Numbered from the stretch's first letter, positions 1 through 9,597 are shown. The stretch: DNA of 45,494 nt from Clostridia bacterium (GCA_045589295.1 JAZNOU010000018.1:1-45494), one strand, 5' to 3'. A program made the numbers and translations. The notes: a model not told the origin generated them from the letters alone.

Positions 1-466
1 TTACTTTTTTATCATCAATCTGGCGATACAGATATTCATATACAACCTTTGCACGCTGTTCGGACGCAATGTTACTTAAAAGGTCAGCACACAAATCTCC
101 CGTTACAGTAACATAATCTCCTGTCCAGGAATAGCCTGATGCGTTTATAAGACCGGGATTTAGTCCCAAAAGAACATGGGATTGTATTTCGCCTGCTTGT
201 ACCTTAGTTGCATCTACATCATGACCGTTGAGTAAATTGATGGTTTGTGCAACCATTTCCATATGTCCAAGCTCTTCTGCAGCTATATCCAAAAATAAAT
301 CCTTAATTTCGGGATCCTTGATACGGAAACTCTGCGACATATATTGCATAGCTGCTTTCAGTTCACCATTTCCACCACCGAGCTGTTCCTGAAGCAGTAC
401 GGCATACTGTGGGTTTGGTCTTTCAACTTCTACCGGATGAAAAAGCATTTTTTCATGTTTAAACAT
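1..466 (-). CDS. Manganese catalase family protein (CotJC/YdbD-like), 3' end runs off the window
   Basis: Manual translation MFKHEKMLFHPVEVERPNPQYAVLLQEQLGGGNGELKAAMQY...DIAAEELGHMEMV...ADLLSNIASEQRAKVVYEYL. GGxxGE, EELGHxE and NIAxE are Mn-catalase motifs. RBS GGAGGT at 473-478. Not in the ORF track because it is partial. Confidence 0.9.
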   Translation of the reverse strand, partial: MFKHEKMLFHPVEVERPNPQYAVLLQEQLGGGNGELKAAMQYMSQSFRIKDPEIKDLFLDIAAEELGHMEMVAQTINLLNGHDVDATKVQAGEIQSHVLLGLNPGLINASGYSWTGDYVTVTGDLCADLLSNIASEQRAKVVYEYLYRQIDDKKV

Positions 467-765
467 ATTATTACCTCCAATTGCAGATTTCTGTTTTTAT
501 TTTTAGCAATTTAAGGTATATTATTCACAACGCCGTTTTTCTTTGATTAAGGTATATCATTTTTTTGATATAGTGTTTATGGAATGGGTTTCCGTAATTG
601 GCTCAAAAACGCTTTGTATTGCGTTTGATTTTGTTTGTCGAGTAATTCTGCTAATTTTATTCTGGCGTAATTAAAACGGGCAATTCCGTTTGATTCTATT
701 TGCAATTTCATAGAATTTATGTTATACTAAAATAAAATTACGAGCGTCGTTCTTTTGGCAGTTGG

Positions 766-811
766 GCATCAAATTTGATGAGATATTTACATAGCATCAA
801 TAAAGCATCAA
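766..811. repeat. Short GCATCAA repeats (3 direct, 1 inverted TTGATG); candidate arm-type sites of an upstream tyrosine-integrase island
   Basis: GCATCAA at 766-772, 794-800, 805-811 and TTGATG at 775-780, about 85-130 bp inside the tRNA fragment. Confidence 0.35.
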
Positions 812-894
812 AAGGCATAAGGTTCAAAAGAGCAAGTAGCACAAACGGCTCAACATTGGGAACAAATTGGACGGTCTTTTTAATTTGACATGAC

Positions 895-939
895 CTCCAA
901 AACCGCGTGCCGAGGGTTCGAATCCTTCTGCCCCTGCCA
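895..939 (+). pseudogene. 3' half of tRNA-Trp(CCA); att-site remnant
   Basis: CTCCAAAACCGCGTGCCGAGGGTTCGAATCCTTCTGCCCCTGCCA contains the anticodon loop CT-CCA-AA, T-loop GTTCGAATC, acceptor 3' strand and CCA. No D-arm or 5' acceptor strand upstream. Confidence 0.9.
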
Positions 940-953
940 TTCATATCCACAAT
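927..953 (+). repeat. attL: 13-bp core repeat plus attP half-arm TCATATCCACAAT
   Basis: Core identical to 19359-19371; arm is the reverse complement of 19336-19348 with one mismatch. Confidence 0.85.
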
Positions 954-967
954 GTTGGATGACATAG

Positions 968-995
968 ACCACGATGTTTTGGCATCGTGGTTTTT
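968..995 (+). terminator. Rho-independent terminator supplied by the element downstream of the tRNA 3' end
   Basis: ACCACGATG-ttttgg-CATCGTGGT-TTTT. Confidence 0.7.
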
Positions 996-1029
996 ACGTA
1001 TAATACAGTAGATAAGAGGGAATTTGCAT

Positions 1030-1698
1030 ATGTCGAAAGAAGAAAGTCGTGTTGTGAAAAAAATTATTGTTGAATCTGTGGAAATTGGCGCAAAAACTTT
1101 TCTTAGTGCCATTCCTGTTGGGGGTACACTTATTACTTCAGTATGGGATTCTATTAAGTCCAATTGTGCTCAAAGTAGATTAGAGAACTGGCAAAATTTA
1201 ATAGAAGAAAGATTGGCTACTGTAGAGTGTACACTAGAAGAAATAGGACAAAACGAAAATTTCACAACTGCAATTTTAAATGCAACAGAAATGGCGATAA
1301 AAACAGCAGAAAAAGAAAAACACATTTGTTTAGCAAATGCAGTTTTCAATTCTATTTCTTGTAATATAGAAGAAGGTATAATGATGATGTTTATGAATAT
1401 AATAAACGATTATACTACTATGCATTTAAAAACACTTATTTTTTTACAAGAGCCACAAATGCATATTTCAAATGATAGTTATAAGTTTTCGATGGGGTCA
1501 CCAAAATCATTATTATATAATGCGTTTCCAGAATTCACTGATTATGATAAATTGATTGATAAAATTATCAATGATTTGTATAATGATGGTTTGATTAGTA
1601 CCCAGAATTTAAATACAACCATGTCTTATCAAGGAGCAATTTCATCTCGAACCACACAACTGGGCAACCAATTCATAAATTTTTTTACAAATAACTAA
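1030..1698 (+). CDS. Hypothetical protein, Abi-alpha/DUF4393-like candidate defence protein
   Basis: 222-aa ORF with RBS AAGAGGG. N-terminal IPxxG helical pair, LANAV segment and C-terminal wHTH-like ending (DLYNDGLI...TQLGNQFINF) recall DUF4393-type proteins; the family call is tentative. Confidence 0.55.
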   Translation: MSKEESRVVKKIIVESVEIGAKTFLSAIPVGGTLITSVWDSIKSNCAQSRLENWQNLIEERLATVECTLEEIGQNENFTTAILNATEMAIKTAEKEKHICLANAVFNSISCNIEEGIMMMFMNIINDYTTMHLKTLIFLQEPQMHISNDSYKFSMGSPKSLLYNAFPEFTDYDKLIDKIINDLYNDGLISTQNLNTTMSYQGAISSRTTQLGNQFINFFTNN

Positions 1699-1739
1699 AA
1701 ATAAAAGAACAACTTGCGTTTCAAGTTGTTCTTTTATTT
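1699..1739. terminator. Bidirectional terminator between convergent genes
   Basis: Perfect 18-bp inverted repeat AAATAAAAGAACAACTTG / CAAGTTGTTCTTTTATTT with 5-nt loop. Confidence 0.8.
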
Positions 1740-3257
1740 GCGAGGTACGTCCTCTTTAAAAGAGTATGTATCATTTATATTGTACTCAATTTCTATTCTG
1801 TCTTTGTATACAGTAACTTGTTTTACATATTGCTCAACAATTGCTTTTTTGTTTTTCAGAGTGCCGCTTCTAAGCATTTCTTTTGCCTTTCTGAAAGCGG
1901 ATTTGATACGGTTTTCATCAACTTTCATAGCATCAAGTCGCTGATTCGTTTCTGCGATTGACTGCTCTAACTGTGCTTTTGTATCTTCAAGTTCTTTAAG
2001 TTTATCTGTCAGTGCGACAGATCCTGTTGCAACAACAATTTCTACTATGTTTGCAATACCCTTTTCAGTTTCGGATAACTTGAGTTTAAGCCCATCACAG
2101 ACGCGTAAATATTCTTGGTTTTTACTTAAAGCATAGTCGTTGTATTCTTTAAGTATAACAGGAAGTATTTTTTCGTTGAAAACGGTATCTGATAATTTAT
2201 TGAGAATAAGTTCTTCAATTTCATCTCGTCGGACTCCGGGATTTTTGCATGAATTAGAGTGGTTTTTCCTGGTGCAATTGTATGAAATGTACAAGGGGTT
2301 TTTCTTATCTGGTCTTCTGGCATTTCCGGCATAAGCAGAGGCACATTCTCCGCATTTTATTTTACCGGATAAAAGATAATCATGCTTAGCCTTGAAAGAA
2401 GCTGTCTTATGCTTTCTTGCTACCATTTTTGCTTGTACTTTCAGAAAATCTTCTTTAGAAATAATCTGTGGCACACCGCCTTCAATTCTGATTATTTCAT
2501 CTTCGTTTTTTGTTTGATGACGGTTCCATTTTCCACTTGAATCTACAGCTACAGATTTGTTATAAATATAAGTGCCTGTGTACCTTTCATTTCTTAAGAT
2601 TTCGTATAGGCTATTCTTACCAAAATTTTTTCCTCGTTTGGTCTTAAAACCACGACGATTCAGTTCATTTATAATTGCAGTGTAGCCTTCTTCCTCAAGA
2701 TACATCTTGAAAATAAGCTTTACTGCTTCCGCTTCATATTCATTGATTTCATATTTCAGAGTTACTTTGTTTATGTTGAAACCTAATGGGGGAATGCCTC
2801 CGGTAAAACGGCAAGTAAGTGCATTTTCTTTTAAACCTTTCATTACTTCTCGGCGAAGATTTTTACTGTAGTATTCATTATAGCCTTCAATGACACTCTG
2901 TAGTATTATCGATTCTGGCGAATCATCAAAATTCTCAAGCACAGATAATAATCTAACACTACATTTTTCAAGCTCTTTACGATATATCGCGCTATCAGCG
3001 CGGTTTCGTGCAAATCTGTCGTACTTGTGACAGATTACAGCATCGAAATTATTATTTTTAGCATCATCAATCATCTGTAAAAATTGGGGTCTGTTATCAG
3101 TTGTTCCGCTGATACCTCTGTCTACGTAAGTGTGGAGCAGAGTATAGCCATTACGCTCTGCGTATTCTTTGATTGCACGTAGCTGCCCTTCTATAGATTC
3201 TTCACGCTGCCCGTCTGACGAGTATCTGGCGTAAGCCACTGCTCTGAGTTTGACCAT
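1734..3257 (-). CDS. Large serine recombinase (integrase)
   Basis: YARYSS catalytic motif, DRGISG, DRFAR, PPLGF recombinase domain, LLSGKIKCGEC zinc ribbon and coiled coil. ATG 3257 has RBS GGAGG (track start 3266). Confidence 0.95.
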   Translation of the reverse strand: MVKLRAVAYARYSSDGQREESIEGQLRAIKEYAERNGYTLLHTYVDRGISGTTDNRPQFLQMIDDAKNNNFDAVICHKYDRFARNRADSAIYRKELEKCSVRLLSVLENFDDSPESIILQSVIEGYNEYYSKNLRREVMKGLKENALTCRFTGGIPPLGFNINKVTLKYEINEYEAEAVKLIFKMYLEEEGYTAIINELNRRGFKTKRGKNFGKNSLYEILRNERYTGTYIYNKSVAVDSSGKWNRHQTKNEDEIIRIEGGVPQIISKEDFLKVQAKMVARKHKTASFKAKHDYLLSGKIKCGECASAYAGNARRPDKKNPLYISYNCTRKNHSNSCKNPGVRRDEIEELILNKLSDTVFNEKILPVILKEYNDYALSKNQEYLRVCDGLKLKLSETEKGIANIVEIVVATGSVALTDKLKELEDTKAQLEQSIAETNQRLDAMKVDENRIKSAFRKAKEMLRSGTLKNKKAIVEQYVKQVTVYKDRIEIEYNINDTYSFKEDVPRK

Positions 3258-3410
3258 GCTCTGCACCTCCTTTATTGTTTAAATTCAATGTGTATTATCA
3301 GTCGTTTAAAATGTTGTAGATAGCTTCAAGGATAAGCTGAATCGCATCATAATTCATATATACATTTCTCCTTTCTGAAAGATAATATATAACTCCGGTT
3401 AAGTATTCTA

Positions 3411-5138
3411 CTAACTGCGAAGATCCTCCCAAAAATTCGAAGATGGTATGTAATATCCAAACAAATTTATTCTTCTTTCAGTAACCATTCTCTGGAATTC
3501 TGCTTTGATGATTTTTACATATCTGTTTGGGGTTGCTTTACCATTAATACTTACTACATGAGTGTTATTACGTGCAGTTGACTGAATTAATCCATGTTCT
3601 GCAAGCTGGGATAAGATAGCATGTTTTGTAATGATATACTTACAGTTGTTATCTTTGTTGAAACATTTAGTAATATCATCCGGGGCAATGCAAATATAGC
3701 CATCTGTTTCGAAAAATATTTTCCTCTTTTTTGGCCTGTTTTTATATTTTTCAAAATTTTTTGCAACAACATCCTTGTAGTTGTACATTAAATAGTCCAG
3801 TATTGTATTAGTATACCAGGTTCCGGCTGAAGCTTCTTCTTGTTTCAGCAGTTTAAGTGTTGAGCAGATGCTTTCATCAACTCCGATTTGCAATGAATTA
3901 CCAATCTTTTTCATCTGTGGATAAGGCAATTTGTAAACCTCCTTTAAATAATCCATAATAATTTTCACTGTCATATTAAGAATATTATAAATATTCTGAG
4001 TGCGATGTATACTCCCGTTATACGAATCTTCATCTTCAACATTCAAAGGCTTGAAGGTCCAGTTTGGAACCAGCACTTTATATTGGTTGTATGATCCGCA
4101 TATCCAGTCAATAAATTTATCAAGAAATACAGTGTAGTATTCCTGATGTTCCTGCAACCAGGAAAGTCTTTCAGGCAAAAAATTGTTCGGGAATTCCACT
4201 ATCAGGCATCTGTTGATAGTACTTGGGTTCTTAACCATATATTCTGCAGTAACAACAGGGGTGGCAGAGAATTTTAGAGTTTTTCCGTCAATGTTAAGGG
4301 TGTCGTTTGATTCGTACCTTTGCACCATGGTTGAGAAAATTTTTTCATTTCTGGACTTTACCTCTGTAGATGATGTCTTGTTTAACTCTTCAATCAGTAT
4401 CGGGCAATGCCTGAATGATGATAGTTTTTTAAAGAAATCCTTGCGGTCATCACAAAAACTACATCCTCTTGTTATACCTTCGTACGTTGTGAGCAACTTC
4501 CCGTATGAAGTTTTTCCGCAACCGGTTGAGCCGATGAGCACTATACATATTTTCTGTTTTATATTCTTCAATTCCAAAAATGGACTTGTATACGAACTTA
4601 ACGCTGCTACTAAGAACCCTGCGTATGCTGGTTTATCAGATATAAATTTTTCAATAAACTCTAACTCATTGGTGATTTCATCTGATGGGGTATAGGGTAT
4701 CATTTCGTTACAATGTATTGACATTATATCTATATTTCCTACGTCTCCATAGGTTTTGAATTCAGATACGCATATCAGATTACCGTTTAACATGTAATAT
4801 CCGGGAAAACATTTATGAACCTCCTTATCTTTGCTTGCTTCAAGTTCTGCCATAATTATTTTTTCTAAAACTGTTTTCCTTGCCCTGGTTCCGTCTATGT
4901 TGAAGGCAGAAAAGGGGACTGATTTGAAAATTTTATCAATATCCAACTTTTCAAATGTTTCGTGCAATACTATATGACCATTATCAATCACCTCAAGAAC
5001 ATAAATTAACTTATCCCCCGTTTCTTCTGATATGATTTCTTTATGAATTGTAATAGCGTGATTGGTGAGCCTTATCTCGTTGTCGCTCCAATAAACTCCG
5101 TCATCACTTTTTTGTATATTATTTAAAGTTAAGCTCAT
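3411..5138 (-). CDS. DUF927/Cch2-like AAA+ ATPase, putative replicative helicase
   Basis: Walker A GSTGCGKT, Walker B ILIEEL, sensor VVTAE, Arg finger STINRCL. ATG 5138 follows AAGGAGGT. Confidence 0.7.
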   Translation of the reverse strand: MSLTLNNIQKSDDGVYWSDNEIRLTNHAITIHKEIISEETGDKLIYVLEVIDNGHIVLHETFEKLDIDKIFKSVPFSAFNIDGTRARKTVLEKIIMAELEASKDKEVHKCFPGYYMLNGNLICVSEFKTYGDVGNIDIMSIHCNEMIPYTPSDEITNELEFIEKFISDKPAYAGFLVAALSSYTSPFLELKNIKQKICIVLIGSTGCGKTSYGKLLTTYEGITRGCSFCDDRKDFFKKLSSFRHCPILIEELNKTSSTEVKSRNEKIFSTMVQRYESNDTLNIDGKTLKFSATPVVTAEYMVKNPSTINRCLIVEFPNNFLPERLSWLQEHQEYYTVFLDKFIDWICGSYNQYKVLVPNWTFKPLNVEDEDSYNGSIHRTQNIYNILNMTVKIIMDYLKEVYKLPYPQMKKIGNSLQIGVDESICSTLKLLKQEEASAGTWYTNTILDYLMYNYKDVVAKNFEKYKNRPKKRKIFFETDGYICIAPDDITKCFNKDNNCKYIITKHAILSQLAEHGLIQSTARNNTHVVSINGKATPNRYVKIIKAEFQRMVTERRINLFGYYIPSSNFWEDLRS

Positions 5139-5337
5139 ATAAGGCACCTCCTTTCTTAATTGATAACCTTTTGGTCTCATTAATATTATAAGGCATACTG
5201 ATACTGTGTTTTTCCGTAATTATAAAAAAGTCGCCTTCGGCAACTAATGTTCGCTTTGTTCACTTTTTTTAGAGGTAGACTTTTATGAAACAAGCAAAAT
5301 TACTCACAAAGTGAGCAATTTCCTATGTTATAAAAAA

Positions 5338-5379
5338 ATAATAAATCCTATGATAGTGAAATATCATAGGATTTATTAT
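5338..5379. terminator. Stem-loop downstream of the 5385-6767 gene
   Basis: 18-bp inverted repeat ATAATAAATCCTATGATA / TATCATAGGATTTATTAT. Confidence 0.65.
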
Positions 5380-5384
5380 AGTGA

Positions 5385-6767
5385 TTATTCTTTTATTTGT
5401 TTTTGCACGGATTTTGCAATCTTGTAATTATACTCTATTTCCTTCTTATCCTCATTCCGCAATCTTTCTATTTCATCAGATGAAATAGGGAAAGAATAGT
5501 TTCCTAAAAATTTTGCCACATTTATAAGGTTCTGTTGTTTACAATTCTTAATGGCTTCTTCAAGTTCAGTTTCATCAAAACTGCTGACTTTAATCCACGG
5601 TTGATAATCAGCAATATCACACGTTTGCGAATCTTTCTTTTTTTGCAGTCTTTCTGCTTTTGTGTATTCTTCTTTCTTTGAAAGTCTCATATTGTGATCT
5701 TTATTTCGATCTTCAGTTTCTTGTTTGATCATATCTTCTTGTTCTAACAATAGTTTTTCCGCATACTCGTCTAATTCAATTGCTATGTTGCACCACATTT
5801 TAGTACTTTCATCCAGATTGTCGTAGCAGCTTTTTTCTATAGCCGTAAATATATCTTGGTGCTTTGTCTCATCAAGTGCCACAAAATCATCAATTATTTC
5901 TTTCTTTTCATCAGTATGGAGGTTTATAATATATTTGGCTGCGTTAAATCGGTATATTGCGGGATATAACAATTTTTCGCACAACATATCGCGGTATTCA
6001 CCACATTGGAACCATTTTCTTGATTTTAAAACATGCCAGAGTTTACGAAACAATTCTTTTCTCCATTCATAATCCAGTATCTCCCAATGGTCACGATTAA
6101 GCATCTGGCGGTCTTGGGGTGAAAGTTCATCGTATTTTAATATCAGGTATAAAAATAAATCCTGTTCCTCTTCTGAATTCTTTGAATCAAAAATAGCAAT
6201 AGGTTTGTTTGAGGAATATCTTTCATCTAAGTTTTCGTAATATTCAATTGAAAAGCCAATTTTCATAAAACGGATAAAGGCTTCGGTTACTTCTGCACTT
6301 ATTTCATTCTTATCAGTAATTTCATGGTCTTTAATAAAGAAAAAACCTTTATAAAACTTCATATAACCGACGTTTTTATGATATTCGTCAGTTTTAAACA
6401 ATGAGCTTACAGCTTCTAAAAAATCATATTTAGCGGTGATGTATTTTGTAGCATCATCTTTTTCATAATTGCGTTTTTCAAAGCGTGTCCGTTCTACCAA
6501 TGTATCTGTTACAATATAGTCGCCAATATCAATTCTGCGATCTTTAAACATTGTACCACGAGGCTTGTATATACTCAATGAAGATGAAAAGGGAGTCATG
6601 CGTCTGTTATAGAATAAGTATCTTAAAAAAGCAATTACCTTATCTTTGCAATATCTCTCAAAATCATCCTTCATTGCTTTTTTGTATGTTATATCATCTT
6701 CGTTTTTATAATCAGGTGTTTTGCTGATTATCTCACAGTATTTTTCAATCCATTTGCATTCTTTCAT
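5385..6767 (-). CDS. Hypothetical protein (460 aa, charged, helical)
   Basis: Long ORF in AT-rich DNA; likely ATG 6767 after GGTGG; no motif recognised. Confidence 0.75.
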   Translation of the reverse strand: MKECKWIEKYCEIISKTPDYKNEDDITYKKAMKDDFERYCKDKVIAFLRYLFYNRRMTPFSSSLSIYKPRGTMFKDRRIDIGDYIVTDTLVERTRFEKRNYEKDDATKYITAKYDFLEAVSSLFKTDEYHKNVGYMKFYKGFFFIKDHEITDKNEISAEVTEAFIRFMKIGFSIEYYENLDERYSSNKPIAIFDSKNSEEEQDLFLYLILKYDELSPQDRQMLNRDHWEILDYEWRKELFRKLWHVLKSRKWFQCGEYRDMLCEKLLYPAIYRFNAAKYIINLHTDEKKEIIDDFVALDETKHQDIFTAIEKSCYDNLDESTKMWCNIAIELDEYAEKLLLEQEDMIKQETEDRNKDHNMRLSKKEEYTKAERLQKKKDSQTCDIADYQPWIKVSSFDETELEEAIKNCKQQNLINVAKFLGNYSFPISSDEIERLRNEDKKEIEYNYKIAKSVQKQIKE

Positions 6768-6875
6768 AATACCACCCGATACTATTATATCATAACAAAA
6801 ATAAATGTGCAAAATTAAAAACACACAAAATTAATGTGTTTATGTGTGTTTTTTCTGAGAATTTTGTGTAATTTA

Positions 6876-7856
6876 TCATTTTATATATCCGTAATGACTT
6901 CCAACCCTGATGCGATTAAGCTGACCTTTTTGTGCATATGCGGTTAAGATTCTTGTAGCAGTTGCCGATGATACTCCAAGGAGTTTCTGTACATCACTGT
7001 TCATAATATATTCATGTTCGTCAAGGAATGCGTATATCTGGCTTAGTCGTGTGTCAGCCTTATTGCTTACAGAGGTTATCTGAAATTCCCCGGCTTCAAG
7101 AAGCGCCTGCTTTATAACTGATAGCATGAATTCTATAAATATGGTTGATTCGCATGTGTTGTTAGATGTGTTTATAGCCTCATAATAAGCTTTTTGGTTA
7201 TTATGGATTATTGATTCTACCGGAAGCCAGGCAAATATAGGATTCCATTTTGATAAGAGTAATGTGTGCCACAGCCTGCCCATTCTTCCGTTACCATCAG
7301 AAAAGGGATGAATCAATTCGAATTCGTAGTGAAATACACAACTTTTTATAAGCATATGCAAATTACTTTCACGAACCCAGTCCATAAGCTCGGATACAAG
7401 TTTTGGAACATATCTGGGAAGGGTTCCAAAATGCAGGATTTCACCTTTGCTATCAACCACACCAACAGGTCTGGATCTGAATTCTCCCGCTTCGTTCACA
7501 AGCCCTTTTACCATGATTCCGTGAGCTTTTAAAAGGTCATCTGTTGAATATGGATTAAGGCTATCCATACATTCGTAAATTTCATAAGCGTTTTTAACTT
7601 CTGCAATGTCCTTTGGAGGAGCAATAATTCGCTTGCCTGATAATACTGCGGTAACCTGCTCCAAGTCAAGAGTATTTTGCTCTATGGCAAGGGAAGAGTA
7701 TATTGTCCGGATTCTGTTTGTTCTTCTTAAAGTAGGATTTACAGATATCTGGTTTCCTACACTTACTTTTCCCACAAGCTCTGCAATTTCTATTACATCT
7801 GTCATTATTTTTTCGGTTATTTCAAATGGTGGTTTTTTGTTTTTCACATGATTCAC
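6876..7856 (-). CDS. Fic family AMPylase with C-terminal HTH (class II-like)
   Basis: Canonical HPFSDGNGRMGR motif, N-terminal inhibitory-type SLAIEQN motif, C-terminal HTH (LLGVSSATATRIL). Start may be GTG 7847. Confidence 0.92.
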   Translation of the reverse strand: MNHVKNKKPPFEITEKIMTDVIEIAELVGKVSVGNQISVNPTLRRTNRIRTIYSSLAIEQNTLDLEQVTAVLSGKRIIAPPKDIAEVKNAYEIYECMDSLNPYSTDDLLKAHGIMVKGLVNEAGEFRSRPVGVVDSKGEILHFGTLPRYVPKLVSELMDWVRESNLHMLIKSCVFHYEFELIHPFSDGNGRMGRLWHTLLLSKWNPIFAWLPVESIIHNNQKAYYEAINTSNNTCESTIFIEFMLSVIKQALLEAGEFQITSVSNKADTRLSQIYAFLDEHEYIMNSDVQKLLGVSSATATRILTAYAQKGQLNRIRVGSHYGYIK

Positions 7857-7930
7857 CTCTTAGTTATTGTACCATTTCATCAATCAAAAATCAAGTCATA
7901 AATCATTTTTTTGGTTGATGACTTGATGCA

Positions 7931-9022
7931 TCACCAAAACAACTGATTTTTATCTTTTGGTTTAATGTACGCAAATCTTGAAATTTCTTCATCAGTTTTG
8001 CCATCTAATATATCACTGAATGAGGGAATGTAAGGAAATACTGTATACACAGGTGAAAGTTTTATGCTTTCAAAATGTCTCAATGCTCTGTATGCTTTGT
8101 CAGTCGTGAAATCATATTTATTTTTGTTATTGACTGCATCACGGTATGTTTTCATATTTTTGATACGCACGTTTTTGCCATCAAATTTCATTTTAAGGTA
8201 CTTGTTTTGTAGTTGTTTTGATACCATACTTCCATCCATAAGTACCTGTTTAAAATAGTTGCTTATGATGCTTTCACTGGCACGAGTGACTTTGCACAAA
8301 GGAACGCTTAAGTCCTTTAGTTGTATTTGCTTTGAATTTATATAACCATTTTCAATCAAAGGTTTGGTCTTTAAAGATACTTCGAATCTCAGTAGTCCTT
8401 TATTATCAATATCAAGGGAAAAATTATGATTAACAAGGTCTTGCTTTTTATTGTATACTTTAGCATTGATGTTTTTACTGTAATACATGGATGAATCTTC
8501 CAATCTCCACTTTTTCTTTTTTGACTTTTCATCGGGAGTATAGTTAGTGTATCCGTATTTCTTAGGTGCCAATCTGGATAATCGAATAATTTCCAATGTA
8601 TATTCATCACTTGGCGTAATGACATCTTTGGCTATGTCAACTCTTTTTAAAATTAAGTTATCGTGCAGATAAATTCCTGATTCAGAGTGTATTGAATTTA
8701 AGATTTCAATAGCGTTGTTGATTGCGGACTCAATATCATTTTCCTTTGTAATCATTCCGTATTCCATTCCCGGGTGTAAGAGTTTAAATAGATTTATTAT
8801 TATCTCAACTTTATACTTGTGATGTTGTTTGTCAAAGGTTTCTTCCGGCTTACTGTTTTTAGCTATTTTTAAGGTGATTCCAAGATTGCTGTACTTGTGC
8901 ATAATGTAATTCTTTTCAGTAGCAAGCCATAATGTGTTATTTTTATATACTTCTGTAAGTTTTGTTTTATCTGTTGTGTTTATGTATTTTTTTAATGAAA
9001 TTGTATGAATGAATGTATTCAT
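7931..9022 (-). CDS. Rolling-circle-type replication initiator (Rep_trans / phage CRI-like)
   Basis: Motifs LKRVDIAKD, KVYNK and LLRFEVSL in the expected order. ATG 9022 after AGGAGTG. Confidence 0.7.
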   Translation of the reverse strand: MNTFIHTISLKKYINTTDKTKLTEVYKNNTLWLATEKNYIMHKYSNLGITLKIAKNSKPEETFDKQHHKYKVEIIINLFKLLHPGMEYGMITKENDIESAINNAIEILNSIHSESGIYLHDNLILKRVDIAKDVITPSDEYTLEIIRLSRLAPKKYGYTNYTPDEKSKKKKWRLEDSSMYYSKNINAKVYNKKQDLVNHNFSLDIDNKGLLRFEVSLKTKPLIENGYINSKQIQLKDLSVPLCKVTRASESIISNYFKQVLMDGSMVSKQLQNKYLKMKFDGKNVRIKNMKTYRDAVNNKNKYDFTTDKAYRALRHFESIKLSPVYTVFPYIPSFSDILDGKTDEEISRFAYIKPKDKNQLFW

Positions 9023-9236
9023 AATAATCACTCCTTTTACTGTATTGTTTAAACCAAATTAAAATATATTAAACTCTGATGAACATAAACAAATAGATAA
9101 AAAAGATATAAGCATGTCCTGTATAAAACATACATTAAGGATATAAGGTTACTACTGCCTGTACTATACAACAAAACACGGATAAAATAGTATAAATATA
9201 TATATGCAGATCGAAGTTTATTGTTTGAACAAAGAC

Positions 9237-9265
9237 AAGACGATAGAGAAAAACTCTATCGTCTT
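9237..9265. terminator. Hairpin between the HTH gene and rep (terminator or origin hairpin)
   Basis: AAGACGATAGAG-aaaaa-CTCTATCGTCTT. Confidence 0.55.
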
Positions 9266-9273
9266 TTATGATG

Positions 9274-9456
9274 TTACAATCCTTTCAGATACTCTATTAA
9301 TGCATAACGGGTTATACGCCACCTATTTTTGATACGAAATGCATCGATGTATCCCTTGTGAAGCAGATCAAGCATGGTGTTTTTTCCTACCTTCAACACC
9401 GCTCTTGCTTCATTAAATGTCATGATATCAGGGATATCAGAGAAACTTCTGTACAT
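9274..9456 (-). CDS. Excisionase-like HTH (HTH_17) DNA-binding protein
   Basis: 60 aa PDIMTFNEARAVLKVGKNTMLDLL...AFRIKNRWRI; RBS AAGGAGTG. Confidence 0.85.
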   Translation of the reverse strand: MYRSFSDIPDIMTFNEARAVLKVGKNTMLDLLHKGYIDAFRIKNRWRITRYALIEYLKGL

Positions 9457-9597
9457 AAAATCACTCCTTTAAAATAAAAATTTGTTTTATATAAGTGTTT
9501 AACATTTTAAAACTAATTGTATTGGTTTTGTCGCATAGTGCAAACGATAAACTATATATTATTTATACAAGTAAACTAATAAGGAGGGAAAAACGTT

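Noticed and set aside
860-939. Intact tRNA-Trp gene
   Set aside because: The 5' acceptor strand, D-arm and 5' anticodon stem are missing; only the 3' half is present.
738-1163. 141-aa minus-strand ORF
   Set aside because: Antisense to the tRNA fragment and to the 1030-1698 gene, and it crosses the att junction.
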